From Candidatus Woesearchaeota archaeon (GTDB taxonomy: Archaea; Nanobdellota; Nanobdellia; Pacearchaeales; GW2011-AR1): DNA of 64,000 bases. The notes below the pieces were generated by a model, which was given only the letters and a program-made list of their open reading frames with translations, was not told the DNA's origin and made no database searches. How positions within the stretch are numbered: position 1 is the stretch's first letter; each line of letters starts with the position of its first letter. The stretch spans positions 101,047 to 165,046 of the forward strand of contig CAZEYD010000001.1 of NCBI GenBank assembly GCA_964516745.1, written 5' to 3'. Made by a program: the position numbers and the translations under genes. Shown piece after piece: positions 7,323 to 20,400 of this stretch.

Positions 7323-10300
7323 TATACTACATCCTCCTCGGCGAAACTTGCCTCAAATACAACAGATGAACTCTTTAAACCGGGACCTTCATTCGGCGGA
7401 ACCTCTAAATAAATATCAATCTCAGCAGAATCTTCAGAATCACCATATTTCAATTTATCAATCAAAGTAACACGACCAGTAATACTCATATTCATCCAAT
7501 CAACGATAGAACTCAACCAAGTAAAAGCACCCTCTTTACCAGATCTATTATCCACTTTCGTTTTATAATATTCAGAAGCATTCGGTTGTGTCGCCCACAT
7601 CTGCGTAGCATTAGCAGAAATATTTATCTGGACATTCCCATCATTTTGAATAACAAAGGGCAAAGGATCATCATCACTAGTATCATCACTACTTAACTGA
7701 GCAATATTTCCAAACTCAACATCACTATTAACTAAACTAACAATTACATAAGAATTCATAGTAAAATTAAATTCATCCGTCCAAGCCCCAAAGGCCTCAC
7801 CGTCATGAGCTCGAACTCTCCACGTATAATAATATCCATAATCTCCCAAACATTTCAAATCAACAGTCGGTGTCCAAGAATCATCATTTAAATTAGTCCT
7901 ATTCCTATCATCAGAACACAATCCATCACCAGCACTCAAATGTTCATGAAGTTCAAGTTCATAAGTCAAATCATCACCATCTGCATCATAACCAGTCCAA
8001 TTAAATTCAGGCGTTCTATTAATAACGTCACTACTATCTTCAGGACTATTCAAAGTCACCGTCGGTAAATTATTAAATAAATAAATTGTATTAGACTCCA
8101 TACTCAAACCATCTTCAATCAAATCATTTGGTGTAACCATAACAGACCACCTCTCACCATCAACAGTCTCCTGTGAAACAATCTTCTCAACAGAATGATT
8201 CGCAACCCCAGCATTATAAATTTCATTGATTTGCTCGGCGGACAAAGAACGGTTAAAAATTAAAACTTCATCAATTGAACCGTTGAAATAAAAATAGTTT
8301 CCACTCCAAGAACCAATATTAAAATCTTCACTCGGATTATCGACATAAGAAGTAGGAAATGTTACATCTTTAACTTTTTCTGAATTTATATATAATTTTA
8401 GACTATCTCCATTCATTACAAAATTCACATAATACCAAGTATTTAATTCCAATGTCTCTGTCGTTACATATTCCAAACTTGAAGTTCCTGTATGTCCCCT
8501 AAATCTTAATTTACCTAGATTAGAAACAGCAAAGAAAAACCCCTGATTACTACTATATTTTTCAAAAATAGCTGCACCAACATTTGCATCAGTTGAATAT
8601 TTATTTAATTTGATCCAAGCTCCGCCTGAGAATATACTATCTTCATCAAAATCTTGAAAAGGAACAGATATATAATCATCATCCCCATCAAACTCATACG
8701 CACCACCAACTTTTCCACCACTAATATTCCATATCGCACAAAAAACAGTCCCATTATTCTCATTCTTAGAATAATCTCTCGTCCATGTAGAATTACTACC
8801 ACCTTCAAACGGCATATTCAAAACAGCCAAACTTTCATTCTCCACTCTCCAATCCGTAATATTAAAAACTGTATCCTCAGCATCAAAATCATGCGATTCA
8901 ATTGTAACCGATAAATTATCATACGCCCTATCATCTCCACTAGAAGAATTCAGAACAACAGAATCTGCAACCGGAGCAGTATTTATCCTTGTCCAAACTC
9001 TTTCTTCCGTCGCATTACAGTTATCCGCCAAATCACAGGCCGACGCACTATAATAGTAATCGCCACGAGATAAATTCGTCATATTCATAGATAAAGACCA
9101 TCCACTAGTAGATGATTTTTGTAAATTTGATTTATATAATAAATCTATTTCATCGGCGGACAAAGAACGATTATAAACACGAACTTCATCGATTTGACCA
9201 CTGAAATATTGACCACCATCACTTAATCTTCCAATCATATTATTTTTATCTGCCGTTAAAGTAGCAGTATAAGTTTCAGTATTATCCAATTGTCCATCTA
9301 TATATATTTTACCAACTCCATTATCATAGCTACAAGTTACATGATACCATTTTCCTATGTCTAAAGAATATGTTGAATATATAGTACCTGTAGTTAAATA
9401 AAATTTTATATAATTACTTCCTAATCCTGCAGATGAGTCTGCAACCCCAGTTACCCATCTACTATTTCCATTTGAGAAAATCGTTTTACCCATTTGATCT
9501 TCATTTAATTTTATCCAATGAGAAACTGTAAAAGTAGAAGTTGTTCCCATAATGTTTCTTTCCAAATCAACATAATTATCATTCCCATCAAAACTCATCG
9601 CCTTCCCAAACTTTCCACTATCAGTATAACTAGCCCCAACAACCGCACCATCATTTCCGTTTCCACTCACATCACTAACAAAACTATCATTTTCTTCTAA
9701 TGAACTCAAATTCTGAAAATTCATAGCTAAAACCAATCCATCTTCCAAAGAACTCAAGTTCGTCCCATTCCAACTAAAATTCAAATAACCTAAGCTATAA
9801 TCAGAAATCGAAATCTTTGCTTCCATAGAAGTATTCGTAGTCACCGTCGCATTATCAGGAGTTGGAAAAACGAATTGGATTTGTGGTGCCGCCGTATCAA
9901 CATAAAAAGGACCGAAACGAACAACTGAACCATAATTATCAGCGCCATCCAAAGCCTTAACATGAAAATAATTTGTTCCCTCAGTTGTTGGACAACTATA
10001 ATTCAAATCTGTAGTATTAATCAAATCATTCGGGATACTCGCTTGCCAATCATCACACAAAACAGAATACCCAGCAACATCAGTTGTTACACTCTCATTA
10101 TAAATTCTATATAACTTTGCATCATCCCACCAAATAGTACCACCAGCACCGCCATCATTATCCACTCTAACTGAAACATATCTCGTACCAACAGGGCATG
10201 TTTTGGACACCTCTGATTTTTCCCATGCAGTTTCAATAGTTTGAGAATTAGATACTAATCCATATGCAGAATAATCAAAATTAGAATCCAAACAGAAAAT

Positions 10301-13300
10301 ATATAATTGAATGTTCCTAGAAGAATCTGATTTCGCATAAATAGAATATTTGAATGTCGCAGCAGAATCCCCGCTAAGATTAATTAAAGGAGCACTACTA
10401 CCAACATAAGGACTAGTATATGAATCAGTACTAGTCGCAACATGTTTCAAAGATTGATTCCCGTTACGACTCACAGAATCGTCAATTGATATATCTCCTC
10501 TAGTAGCGCTAAAATAAGGAGAACTCAAAACATTCCTCTCAAAACTACCATCCCTAATAATACTTCTCTCATTCCCCTCACTATCCTCAGTACCAGCATG
10601 ATAAAAATAATCATCACCAGAATCTGTCGCAGCATCCCAGCTAAAGTTAATAACACTAGAAGTAGAAAATCCACCTTCAACAATATCAGAAGAATTTAAA
10701 TTAGAAATACTCGTTGGAGAAGTTCTATCAGAACCAGATAAATCCAAATAATTAGAACTAGAAACATTCCCACCATTTACTTCAAGTTTAAGATTATCAA
10801 ATAACAATTGATATGTAGAGTCTTGTTGGTAATTTATCAAAAATAACAATCTAACATATCGTGTCCCGTGCCAAAATGCGCCACTATAACTTGCACCACT
10901 CAGATATTCACCACTCATCACACTAGTACTACGTTTTGTCCATGTTGTTGGAATATATGAAGAACTAGCAGCAGAATACATAAAAGAGGAACCACTAATA
11001 TGCATTCTTACTTTAGTCCCAGCAGGATACGTTTTACCAACAGTTGTTGAAAATTCAATTTCGCAATAATCTCCCATATTTTGAACTCGTATTATACCTT
11101 GATTACTCATATCCCTATTAGGTAAATCCGCATAATTACCCGAATCATCAATATTAAATACCATACGAGCATGAGAAAGCACATACCAACTTAAACAATC
11201 AGGAATCTTAACTATTTTATCTGTGGAAACAATATCTTCATATAGAGTAGTCTGTGTATTGGATCTAACATTAACTTGTTCATTCGTAATCTGTTGCTTG
11301 TTCTTATCATAAGGGACGAACCCATAATATAACCTACTTAATCCACCACTACCATTTGACTTAAGCATTCCACTCAAAACATATTCAGAATTCATATCAA
11401 TTGGAATATATTGTGATCCAGTCACTGTTTTTCCACCCGTTTCATAAAATGCATAATCTCCCTCATAACTATCACTAGTAAGTCCATCAAATCCAAAATT
11501 AGTCGAATCTCCTAACTCAGCATCACCATTAACAATAGGAACACCAACATCCAAATACGTTCCACTCTCTGTCTCTGATCTATAAATTTTATGTTTAATC
11601 AAACCAGACTGCATATCGTCAATAATTTCTTCCTGAGTCAAAGAACGATTGTAAATTCTTACTTCATCGATCTTTCCAGTAAAATAATCATAAATTTCCG
11701 ATGTTTGTATTGGTAATGATTCACAAGTATTCTTACTCCATTGAGCACCAATAATAATTGGGTTTCCAGAGCCAGAACCATCAGTACTAGAATCTCCGCT
11801 TACTGTTTGTTCAATACCATTAACATAAAGTTTTACACCAGTTGACCCAAAAGGTTTTACCCAAGTTACATAATATATTTCCTCATTTGTTAAAATCGCA
11901 TCAGAACTATGAGTAACAAAGGTTGGAGCAGTATAATATCCAAAATAAAGTCGATTATTTTCAACATACATATTAAACTGACCATTATTGTTACAACCAT
12001 ATCTCCTTGAAAGAAGAGATTGTTTTGATGAATAACCACTTCCTTCAATCCAAAAACTATATGTAAAATTTCTTCCAACAGTATTAAACATACTGTCTCC
12101 AGTTAAATTAATATAATCCTCACTGCCATCAAAACTCAACGCACCACCATTTCCATCATCACCATTCACCCAACTCGCGCCAACAATCGTTCCAGTATTT
12201 TCCTCTCCACTCCAATCACTAGTTGTCGACCCTGTCCCCTCTTCAAAAGACATATACAAAATCAATCCTTCATCCGTCTCATCATTCTTCACATTAATTC
12301 CATTAGCTGAACTATTTTCTAACAATTCAAAAAACGGATTCAACGGCGCCGTTCTATCAGCAGTAATATTATACGCAATATTACTATAACCAGAATATGA
12401 GCCACCAACAAAACTTCTAATCTTATAAAAGAAAAGCAAATTATCATCCAGATCGTCATCAAAATAATCAACAACATTACTACCTACCGTATCAACCTCG
12501 ACAAAACTAGAATTGTCTCCACTTCTCTCAACGCTAAATCCATCCTCACCACCAGAATTATCATCCCAAGTTAAATTCAAAGATCCCAATTCAGAATTCA
12601 ATGTCTTATTATTAACAACACTAACATTCAATCCAGTCGGAAGCATATTAACTTCCAAAGAACGCAAAGACGAGTTTACATTCCCAGCCAAATCTTGAGC
12701 ATAAACAGTATAATTATAAAATCCATTAGAAACATCACTAAATACATTTCCATATTGATCAGTCTGCGCATCATAAATTGACTCAATCTCGGAATCTGAT
12801 AACGCCCGACTAAAAATCATAATATCGTCAATTGAACCGTGCCATGGTTCTCTACTTGTTATATCCAAGGAATCATAAACATAAGCTCCAATAACTCTAT
12901 ATGAATCATATCCAGCACTAACACTAGCTTCTGAATCAAAAACACCATTAACATATAATTTATGACTATCTCCATTTCTAACCAAACTTACATAAGACCA
13001 AGAATACCTAGTTAAAGCCGAACCAGTAACTCTACCATATAATTGAAATTGTAATGAACTATCCGGACATCCCCACTGCGGACTCCCTTTATTACTTAAT
13101 ATATTAAACCAATCACTATCTGTTGCAGCATCCGGATAAACCCAGGCACTAAGAGTATATCTATCCCCAACATTTATCTGAGAAAAACTTACATAATCAT
13201 CCACCCCATCAAACTCATACGCCAAACCTCTCTTCCCACCTGTAACATTCGGACAGGTAGAACCACTACAAATTCCATCGTTTCCATCGCCAGAAGAATC

Positions 13301-13987
13301 AACGAACGTAACTCCATCTTCTGTTTCTTCTAATTTCCACCAACCGACCAAACTATCATTAAAATCTAAAAACGTTGAATGTTCTCCAGATTCATCAGAG
13401 GAAGTCGCATTAATTATAAAATAACTGTTCTCAATTACAGCATCATCATCCGGTGTACTACCACTAAAAACCACATTTGGAATCTCACTATCAATTTCGA
13501 AACTTGTTACAGCACTCCCAACATTGCCAGCAGAATCATTACAGAAAATTGTCCAATTATTCAAACCAATAACTGTATCAGAATATACATTCGTCCAATT
13601 AACACCAGCAACAACCACACTAGAATTCGTAGAACTACCTTCTTTACTAAACCAACAATAATTGGCCGTAACATCAACAGAATAATTTACATCCCCAACA
13701 AAACTATAATAGAAGGCGTCATCGACAGGATAAATAATCGTGATCTGCGGCGCCGTCGTATCACTCCCATAAAACAAACCCAAATAACTATTGAAATTCA
13801 AAGAATTACTAATCCCCGATAAAATCCCTAACGCCAACTTAGAAAAGAAACCACTAGATTCTGTCTCCGTTCCACCAGAAGAAACTACAGCTGCGTCAAT
13901 ATTATAATTTGCACTACTAATTTGCGCAACCGCAAATCCAATTCCAATTAATAAAATTATAAAAAATAAAAAAGGTCTACTCTCCAT
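7322..13987 (-). CDS. Giant secreted lectin-domain protein, 2221 aa (4 LamG-type domains plus CBM-like jelly-roll and Ig/FN3-like modules)
   Basis: Signal-like MESRPFLFFIILLIGIGFAVA. There are four LamG (Laminin_G_3-type) C-terminal signatures: GSIDDIMIFSRALSDSEIESIY, GKIDEVRIYNRSLTQEEII, GQIDEVRVYNRSLSADEIDLLY and GSIDEVLIFNRSLSAEQINEIY. Each is preceded by the (A/G)xxFDGxDDY(V/I) strand. CBM4_9-like starts include NGDAELGD and RDGSFERN. Confidence 0.85.
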   Translation of the reverse strand: MESRPFLFFIILLIGIGFAVAQISSANYNIDAAVVSSGGTETESSGFFSKLALGILSGISNSLNFNSYLGLFYGSDTTAPQITIIYPVDDAFYYSFVGDVNYSVDVTANYCWFSKEGSSTNSSVVVAGVNWTNVYSDTVIGLNNWTIFCNDSAGNVGSAVTSFEIDSEIPNVVFSGSTPDDDAVIENSYFIINATSSDESGEHSTFLDFNDSLVGWWKLEETEDGVTFVDSSGDGNDGICSGSTCPNVTGGKRGLAYEFDGVDDYVSFSQINVGDRYTLSAWVYPDAATDSDWFNILSNKGSPQWGCPDSSLQFQLYGRVTGSALTRYSWSYVSLVRNGDSHKLYVNGVFDSEASVSAGYDSYRVIGAYVYDSLDITSREPWHGSIDDIMIFSRALSDSEIESIYDAQTDQYGNVFSDVSNGFYNYTVYAQDLAGNVNSSLRSLEVNMLPTGLNVSVVNNKTLNSELGSLNLTWDDNSGGEDGFSVERSGDNSSFVEVDTVGSNVVDYFDDDLDDNLLFFYKIRSFVGGSYSGYSNIAYNITADRTAPLNPFFELLENSSANGINVKNDETDEGLILYMSFEEGTGSTTSDWSGEENTGTIVGASWVNGDDGNGGALSFDGSEDYINLTGDSMFNTVGRNFTYSFWIEGSGYSSKQSLLSRRYGCNNNGQFNMYVENNRLYFGYYTAPTFVTHSSDAILTNEEIYYVTWVKPFGSTGVKLYVNGIEQTVSGDSSTDGSGSGNPIIIGAQWSKNTCESLPIQTSEIYDYFTGKIDEVRIYNRSLTQEEIIDDMQSGLIKHKIYRSETESGTYLDVGVPIVNGDAELGDSTNFGFDGLTSDSYEGDYAFYETGGKTVTGSQYIPIDMNSEYVLSGMLKSNGSGGLSRLYYGFVPYDKNKQQITNEQVNVRSNTQTTLYEDIVSTDKIVKIPDCLSWYVLSHARMVFNIDDSGNYADLPNRDMSNQGIIRVQNMGDYCEIEFSTTVGKTYPAGTKVRMHISGSSFMYSAASSSYIPTTWTKRSTSVMSGEYLSGASYSGAFWHGTRYVRLLFLINYQQDSTYQLLFDNLKLEVNGGNVSSSNYLDLSGSDRTSPTSISNLNSSDIVEGGFSTSSVINFSWDAATDSGDDYFYHAGTEDSEGNERSIIRDGSFERNVLSSPYFSATRGDISIDDSVSRNGNQSLKHVATSTDSYTSPYVGSSAPLINLSGDSAATFKYSIYAKSDSSRNIQLYIFCLDSNFDYSAYGLVSNSQTIETAWEKSEVSKTCPVGTRYVSVRVDNDGGAGGTIWWDDAKLYRIYNESVTTDVAGYSVLCDDWQASIPNDLINTTDLNYSCPTTEGTNYFHVKALDGADNYGSVVRFGPFYVDTAAPQIQFVFPTPDNATVTTNTSMEAKISISDYSLGYLNFSWNGTNLSSLEDGLVLAMNFQNLSSLEENDSFVSDVSGNGNDGAVVGASYTDSGKFGKAMSFDGNDNYVDLERNIMGTTSTFTVSHWIKLNEDQMGKTIFSNGNSRWVTGVADSSAGLGSNYIKFYLTTGTIYSTYSLDIGKWYHVTCSYDNGVGKIYIDGQLDNTETYTATLTADKNNMIGRLSDGGQYFSGQIDEVRVYNRSLSADEIDLLYKSNLQKSSTSGWSLSMNMTNLSRGDYYYSASACDLADNCNATEERVWTRINTAPVADSVVLNSSSGDDRAYDNLSVTIESHDFDAEDTVFNITDWRVENESLAVLNMPFEGGSNSTWTRDYSKNENNGTVFCAIWNISGGKVGGAYEFDGDDDYISVPFQDFDEDSIFSGGAWIKLNKYSTDANVGAAIFEKYSSNQGFFFAVSNLGKLRFRGHTGTSSLEYVTTETLELNTWYYVNFVMNGDSLKLYINSEKVKDVTFPTSYVDNPSEDFNIGSWSGNYFYFNGSIDEVLIFNRSLSAEQINEIYNAGVANHSVEKIVSQETVDGERWSVMVTPNDLIEDGLSMESNTIYLFNNLPTVTLNSPEDSSDVINRTPEFNWTGYDADGDDLTYELELHEHLSAGDGLCSDDRNRTNLNDDSWTPTVDLKCLGDYGYYYTWRVRAHDGEAFGAWTDEFNFTMNSYVIVSLVNSDVEFGNIAQLSSDDTSDDDPLPFVIQNDGNVQINISANATQMWATQPNASEYYKTKVDNRSGKEGAFTWLSSIVDWMNMSITGRVTLIDKLKYGDSEDSAEIDIYLEVPPNEGPGLKSSSVVFEASFAEEDVV

Positions 13988-13999
13988 TTTGAAGAAAGT

Positions 14000-14257
14000 T
14001 TATTGACCTGTTTGTTGTAGACATTCAACAGCAACAATATTTAACGTTGTATTACCGTATGTTAATGGTATAGGAGCTTGACAAGTAGATACTCCGTTCA
14101 TAACATCCAAATAAGACTGTTGATAACCTACATTATAAGCATTTGTCAATTGATTTTGTTGAGCACGAACATAAGCACCATAACCAATATAACCAACAGC
14201 ACCAAGTAACAAAAGACCCAAAACGATAGCAATTATAATTGATGTTTTTATTTTCAT
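14000..14257 (-). CDS. Small N-terminally anchored membrane/secreted protein, 85 aa
   Basis: MKIKTSIIIAIVLGLLLLGAVGYIGY hydrophobic start. GGAGGT SD lies 7 nt upstream. It sits 12 nt upstream of the giant LamG gene. Confidence 0.55.
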   Translation of the reverse strand: MKIKTSIIIAIVLGLLLLGAVGYIGYGAYVRAQQNQLTNAYNVGYQQSYLDVMNGVSTCQAPIPLTYGNTTLNIVAVECLQQTGQ

Positions 14258-14433
14258 TTCTTTAACCTCCTTATATTTATTACAGTTTCGAATTCAAATA
14301 GCAACGCAAAACTATCATCCAATATAATAGCCTTTTCTCTTTATAAAAATAACGGTTTATCAACGAGAAACAACAAATTCAGAGTAGAAGAAAAGAAACT
14401 GTTTTTTTCTTTTCCAAAAGCTTTACAACCAAC

Positions 14434-14475
14434 GTTTCTTTTTCCCAGGGCTTTTTCTTTACAAAGAAAAAGGCC
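14434..14475 (-). terminator. Conserved hairpin / oligo-U terminator-like element, copy 2 (abuts the stop of the 2139-aa gene); half-copy at 14401-14424
   Basis: Minus strand: GGCCTTTTTCTTTGTAAAGAAAAAGCCCTGGGAAAAAGAAAC. A perfect 10-bp stem (CTTTTTCTTT/AAAGAAAAAG) is followed by TGGGAAAAAGAAA. Confidence 0.5.
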
Positions 14476-17400
14476 TATCCAAGCTTAATAATCACACTAC
14501 CACTCATAGAAGTAATCGTAACATTACCAGCCGTCGTATTAATAGTAGGTCCAGAAGAAGCATCATCAACATCAAACGTCAACCCTCCAGCAGTTCCATT
14601 AACTTCAAGCTTCTTAGATGGAGCAGTCGTTCCTATTCCGACTTTGCCATTTTCTTTAAGAGTCAAAACATCGTTGTACCCTGTTGTTGTACCATCACTT
14701 AGGGAAAATATCATTCCTCCATTTGCAGTATTACCGCTGTGAGAAGTTCTAATTTTGTGCAAGTAGGTTGATGCATAACCTAATCCTGCTGCTCCAAAAA
14801 ACACTTGGTCGCCATATGTTCCATCAATGTTTCCATTTTCAAAATACGTCGTCCCACGAATGTCCAATTTTCCTATTGGATTACTCGTACCAATTCCTAC
14901 TCTATTTCCAGTAGCGTCAACAAACAAAACTCCACTATCAAAACTCTGATTGTAAGCACCAAACGAATTTGCCTTATTGATAAACGCAATATTCGTAAAA
15001 TTCCCCGTCCACAATGGGTCAGATTCGGAACCTCCTAACTCACTATCCAAAACAAAATCACTTGAATTATATCCATCCAACTTATCAGCATCTAAACCAG
15101 TACCAGCACCATCGTTCCCAGCATGCCAAACTAAATTATTATTTACCATTAAAGTATCAACATCAAAATCAGCCTTAGATGTTCCACCAAAAGATGCCTC
15201 ATTGCTAATACTTGTTGAATTCACCACAGTGAAAATATTACTTGCATTAGTACTTACTATTCTTCCAGTAAAATAAGCTCCAGTCGTTTCAGGATAAGTA
15301 TTACCAGTATATTTTACAGCTACATAACTACTTCCAGAATAATTTACAGTTACTAATTGATACCGTTCACTACTTTGGAGAACTTGTAATGTTCTTAAAG
15401 CCCCACCATACATTGCAGAAGTTCCAGAAGAAACAATTACGTCTACAATTGCAGATTGATAATTTCCAGATGTTCTATCCACTTGAATTCGCCCATTTAC
15501 GTCATTATTTGCACCATTAATACATAAAAGTATATATTGTGGACTAAAATTCTCTAACATTTCAAAACGACGATTAATAAAATTGCTTTCTTGCATCTGA
15601 ATATAACTTCCGAAAGTTCCAGTACCATCCATTTGTAAATTACCATTATCTAAATCTATAGAACCTCTTTCAGTTCCAGAACCTCTAAATCCAATAGAAT
15701 TTGCTGAAGTATCCCAATAAATTCCCCAATTTGTAGCAGTTTTCATCCAATATTTAGAAGCATCATTAAAATTAATTCCACCATTATTATTTGTAATTGA
15801 TAAATCTCCACCAGAAACGGTTACATCCCCTCCAAAAGTTCCATTCCCATCAACTATTAAATTAGGAGTTCCAATTAATTGAAAGGAAGTGTCATCAGTA
15901 AATCTAGCCCAAACTGTATTTGAATCTTCAGGCTCATAAATCTCCAAATTCTCTCCATTACCTCTTATAGCTACATCTCCTGTTCCAGCTGCATCAAAGA
16001 AAATAGTAGGTGTAGTTTTATCTAATCTCAAATCCCCCGTCATCGTATCACCTGAACTATTCACCCAAACATCAGTAGCACCACCAGCAGTAATATAACC
16101 CGCCGGATTAGAAGCATTATAAAAAGTACTAGCATGTAATCCATCTAATAAATCAGCATCCAAACCAGTACCACTACCATCATCAGAATTAGCCCAATCA
16201 ATATCAATTATTGCATGATTATCCATATCAAGCTTATCACTCAAATGCACATCATCATCCTCATCACTCAAATAACCATCAGAACTAATAACCAGTCCAG
16301 TTCCTTCAGCACCAATAATTGCATTTCCTATCACTTCTAATTTTGCATCCGGATTCGTCGTTCCAATTCCTACATTATCCTCGAAATAAGCTCCATACTG
16401 ATTTGTAATTGTTCCTGTTCCCGTTGGAGCATCAACATATAATCCATAATAAGAGGTAATATTTCCATTAACAACCCCAGAAGAGTGTAGCGCATAAGCG
16501 TTTGGTACAGGCATTGCAGTAGTACTTCCATCTATTTCTATCTGTCCAGCTACCCCAAATAAACTAGTAGTAATTCCTGAAGCAGGTGTTCCATCATATT
16601 TTCCAATACCAACAACACCTCTCGCAGCATAACCAAACCCACCTGTTTTTTCTGCAATACCAACAACACCATATCCATAAGTATTTGCTGAACCACTCAT
16701 TGTGGTTTTAAAATATCCAGCATATCTAGTTTCAGTATTTACAGTAGGTGTTGATGTAGATACATATAATCTTGCATCTTCATCCGGAGTCGTTGTTCCA
16801 ATTCCTACATTATTACGAGTAGCATTAATAAACAAAGTCCCACTATCAAAATTCTGATTGTAAGCACCAAAAGTATTCGCCTTATTGATAAACGCAACAT
16901 TCGACTCATTCCCAGTCCACAATGGATCAGTTTCAGCTCCACCCAATTCACCATCCAGAATAAAATCACTTGAATTATATCCATCCAACAAATCAGCATC
17001 TAAACTAGAACCACTACCATCATTATAATTATTCCAAGCTGTCTTTAAAGTTACTGTCGCATTCTTAGTACTTTCAATTTGTGCAGAATTTGAAATAGAA
17101 GTTACTCTATTATAAGAATCTCCTCCCGCTTTTCTAACATGGACACTAAAAGATTGCCAATAACCTATTCTAGGCCACCAAAAACAAAGATCTCCGTCAT
17201 CCTCAAATATGTAAATAGATGATGCAAAGTTACCTCCATAACTAATTCCAGCAGTATTAATAATGCCACTATTATAGAGATAACCTTGTGCAATTACTTT
17301 AAATGGTGGATTCGTTGAACTATAGCTTTTTCCAGAAATTTCTATAACAAAGGAATCACCTATTGCCGCAGTAGCTGAAATGCTAGTTCTCACAAGAGTG

Positions 17401-20400
17401 CCATCTGTAAAATCACTTCCAGAATGAGTAGATATTATTTCACTTAATTGGTACCCATCCAATAAATCAGCATTCAAATTAGCGACTTTTGTCGTAGACG
17501 CAACGATCAAAGGAGCTGTCCCTGTTGCCTGATCACTCTCAAAAGTTTTCGCCCTTATCTCATACCCACCAGCATCCCAATCAGCAGTTAAAGTACCAAG
17601 AGATAAATCCACATCGCCATCTGGTCCATAAAGAGTATTATCCCCACCGCCAGACAAACCAGATCCAGCAACAAGATCAACTGCCCTACCATAAAGTTCA
17701 TTAGCACCCTGTCCAGTATCAAGAGTCGCAACAGTTAAAGCACCAGTAAAATTCCCAGTCCCAATGACATTTAAATTTCCAACTGGCTCCACCGTCCCAA
17801 TTCCAACATCACCATGCATTATTGTATTATGTGTTCCATAAGTTCCATCATCAGCTCCAATTTCAAAACCGTAATTATGAGAGAATTTTATATTCCCAAT
17901 TGTACTACCACTATCATGAAATTGAATCATAGTATAATCCAAACCATCAAGCCTAAGAGTAGAACTGACATTATAATTAACTCCTGAACTTCCAATATAA
18001 GCGTTCCCTTCAACATCTAACGATGCGTCAGGACCTGTTTTTCCTATTCCAACCCTATTAGCAGAACCATCCACAAAAAGAGTGTTTGCATCAAAATTCA
18101 CATCATAATTTGCCTGTGTTATTGCCAAAGTTGCATCCAAAGTTATTGTGTCTTTTAATTGTGTTCCGTCAATACTATCAGCAGTTACAGCAACACTAGG
18201 AATAGGACCATCTTCATTTGTAACAGTAATAGCAGTACCACCAGATACACCAGTAACATCTCCACCACCAATGGTTCCATTTACCGCTTGCAACTGAGAA
18301 TAAGTCACAGCATCAGCATCAGCACTTCCATCAGCTAACCCAGTAATCTTATTATCTGCCATCACAACATTTCCCGTCATCGTCAAACCACCAGCATAAA
18401 CAGAACCCGTAAAATTAGCATCACCAACAACATTCAAAGCATTCTCAGGCGTCACCGTCCCAATTCCAACTCTCTTATTCTGCACTCCACCAGCACCATC
18501 ACTCTCAGCATAAACCGTCATAATATTATCTCTATCAATCTTAAACGCATATCCCTCTGGACTTCCTATCTCCGCATCCGACGTCACCGGCATATCAACA
18601 AACGTCACCAATCCAGAATCCGCACTAAACTCAAAACTCCCAATATTTAAAGCCGCCCCAACCTCAATCTGATTCTCCGAATTCACCTTAAACATATTCA
18701 CCACCCCATCACCAGCAGCATTCTTAGCAGAAATCCATCCATCATTCGCAAGTTGCAAAGGAGTTGTAGGGTCAGTTACGTTAATACCAAGATAACTAAC
18801 ATTCGTCAAATTCTTCCCATTCAAATCAACAGAACCAGTCGCACCAGTATAAGGAACATAAGAATCAGCCGATGCTGTATTACCTAAACACGTCCCATCA
18901 TTCAAACAAATATCCCCACTAGCATTAATATACCCAGAAACATCCAAAGTTACACCAGGAGTCATTCCAATTCCTACATTACCAGGAATATAAACATCAG
19001 TATTATCTCTATTAAATCTCAAAACTTCTGTCCCATCAACATTATTATTATGCATAAATAACTGAAATAAATTATCTCCACCATCATAATGCCATCTTGC
19101 TCCATAAGTCAATAAATCATTCTCCACAAAGAAATGGTCGATATCTGGATTCCCATTTGTAGTATCGACAACTCTCAATAAATGCCCTTCTGTTTTTGGA
19201 TCACTGGTATCTCCACTTGAGAATACACTTAATTCGTTTTCTACCGATAATTTATACCCTGGGCTACTCGTTCCTATTCCTACATATCCGCTCGTAGAAT
19301 TAACAAATAAATCTCCATCATTAGCATTAATATCTCCACTAACGGTTAAATCCGCTGGATACATATTCCCGGAACTATCAACAACTAGCTTCCTCGAAGA
19401 ATCATCATTATCAACAACTCTAGCTGTATTCATAACATATAAACTACTTATAGTATTTCTAGACTTATATAATTTCATCCCAGCATATCTTACTTTACTT
19501 GTAGATTGTCCTAGATAATTCATTAATAGAAGAAATCTAGCATATTCTGTTCCAGAAATAAAATTACCCGTTGAAGCTCCAACTCCAGAAATCTTACCTC
19601 TAACTAAATACCATTCTCCATCATTTCTAGTATCTTCATCAAATTGCTCTCCATTAGATCCCCAATATCTCTGATTATTACCATAAGAAGTTTTACTACC
19701 ATTATACATTTCCCACCCAGCATAAAAATAAGTTGCCGTATCACCCGCGCCATCTTCTACCTTTACCCAAGTTTCAAAAATATATTCTGAACCTACATCT
19801 ATCTTCCAATAACGACTACCAGTAAAAGACCTAGCCCCTGTCGTTTCAAAACATCCAGGAGCAGGAGCAGTAGAATCATCACATTTCGTCATACCTGAAG
19901 ATGAAGTTCCCATAGCAGCAGCAATTTCACCTATACTCAAATCATCACTTTCTAAATTCAATAAATATTCATCTGCAGGACTTCCTCCAACACTTGGGAG
20001 ATTAATTATATCTTTACAATTTGCACCACTTTCATCACAATAATCCGTAGACCAAACATCACCACTCGTTTTTATGTTTCCAGTCGAAGTCAGTCCATCG
20101 GAGGCCACACTTCCTTTAACCGATAGATCTCCAGCATCAGAAGTTAAATTCATTAATTCTATAGCTCCATTACTTCTCCAAGTGAATGAAGGGATAACTC
20201 CTGTACTACCATAAGCTGCCTGATTTGGAACATGAAAAGATAATTGTCGATTTGCCTCATCATTAGTTAATCCAATCCCATATCTTCCTGAGCTCGCACT
20301 TCTAGTACCCAAATCAAACATATACCAATCTGCAGTACCAACATTATAAAATCCATTATCTCCACCACTAGTCGTTACATCCCCAGTCGAAGTTATAGTA

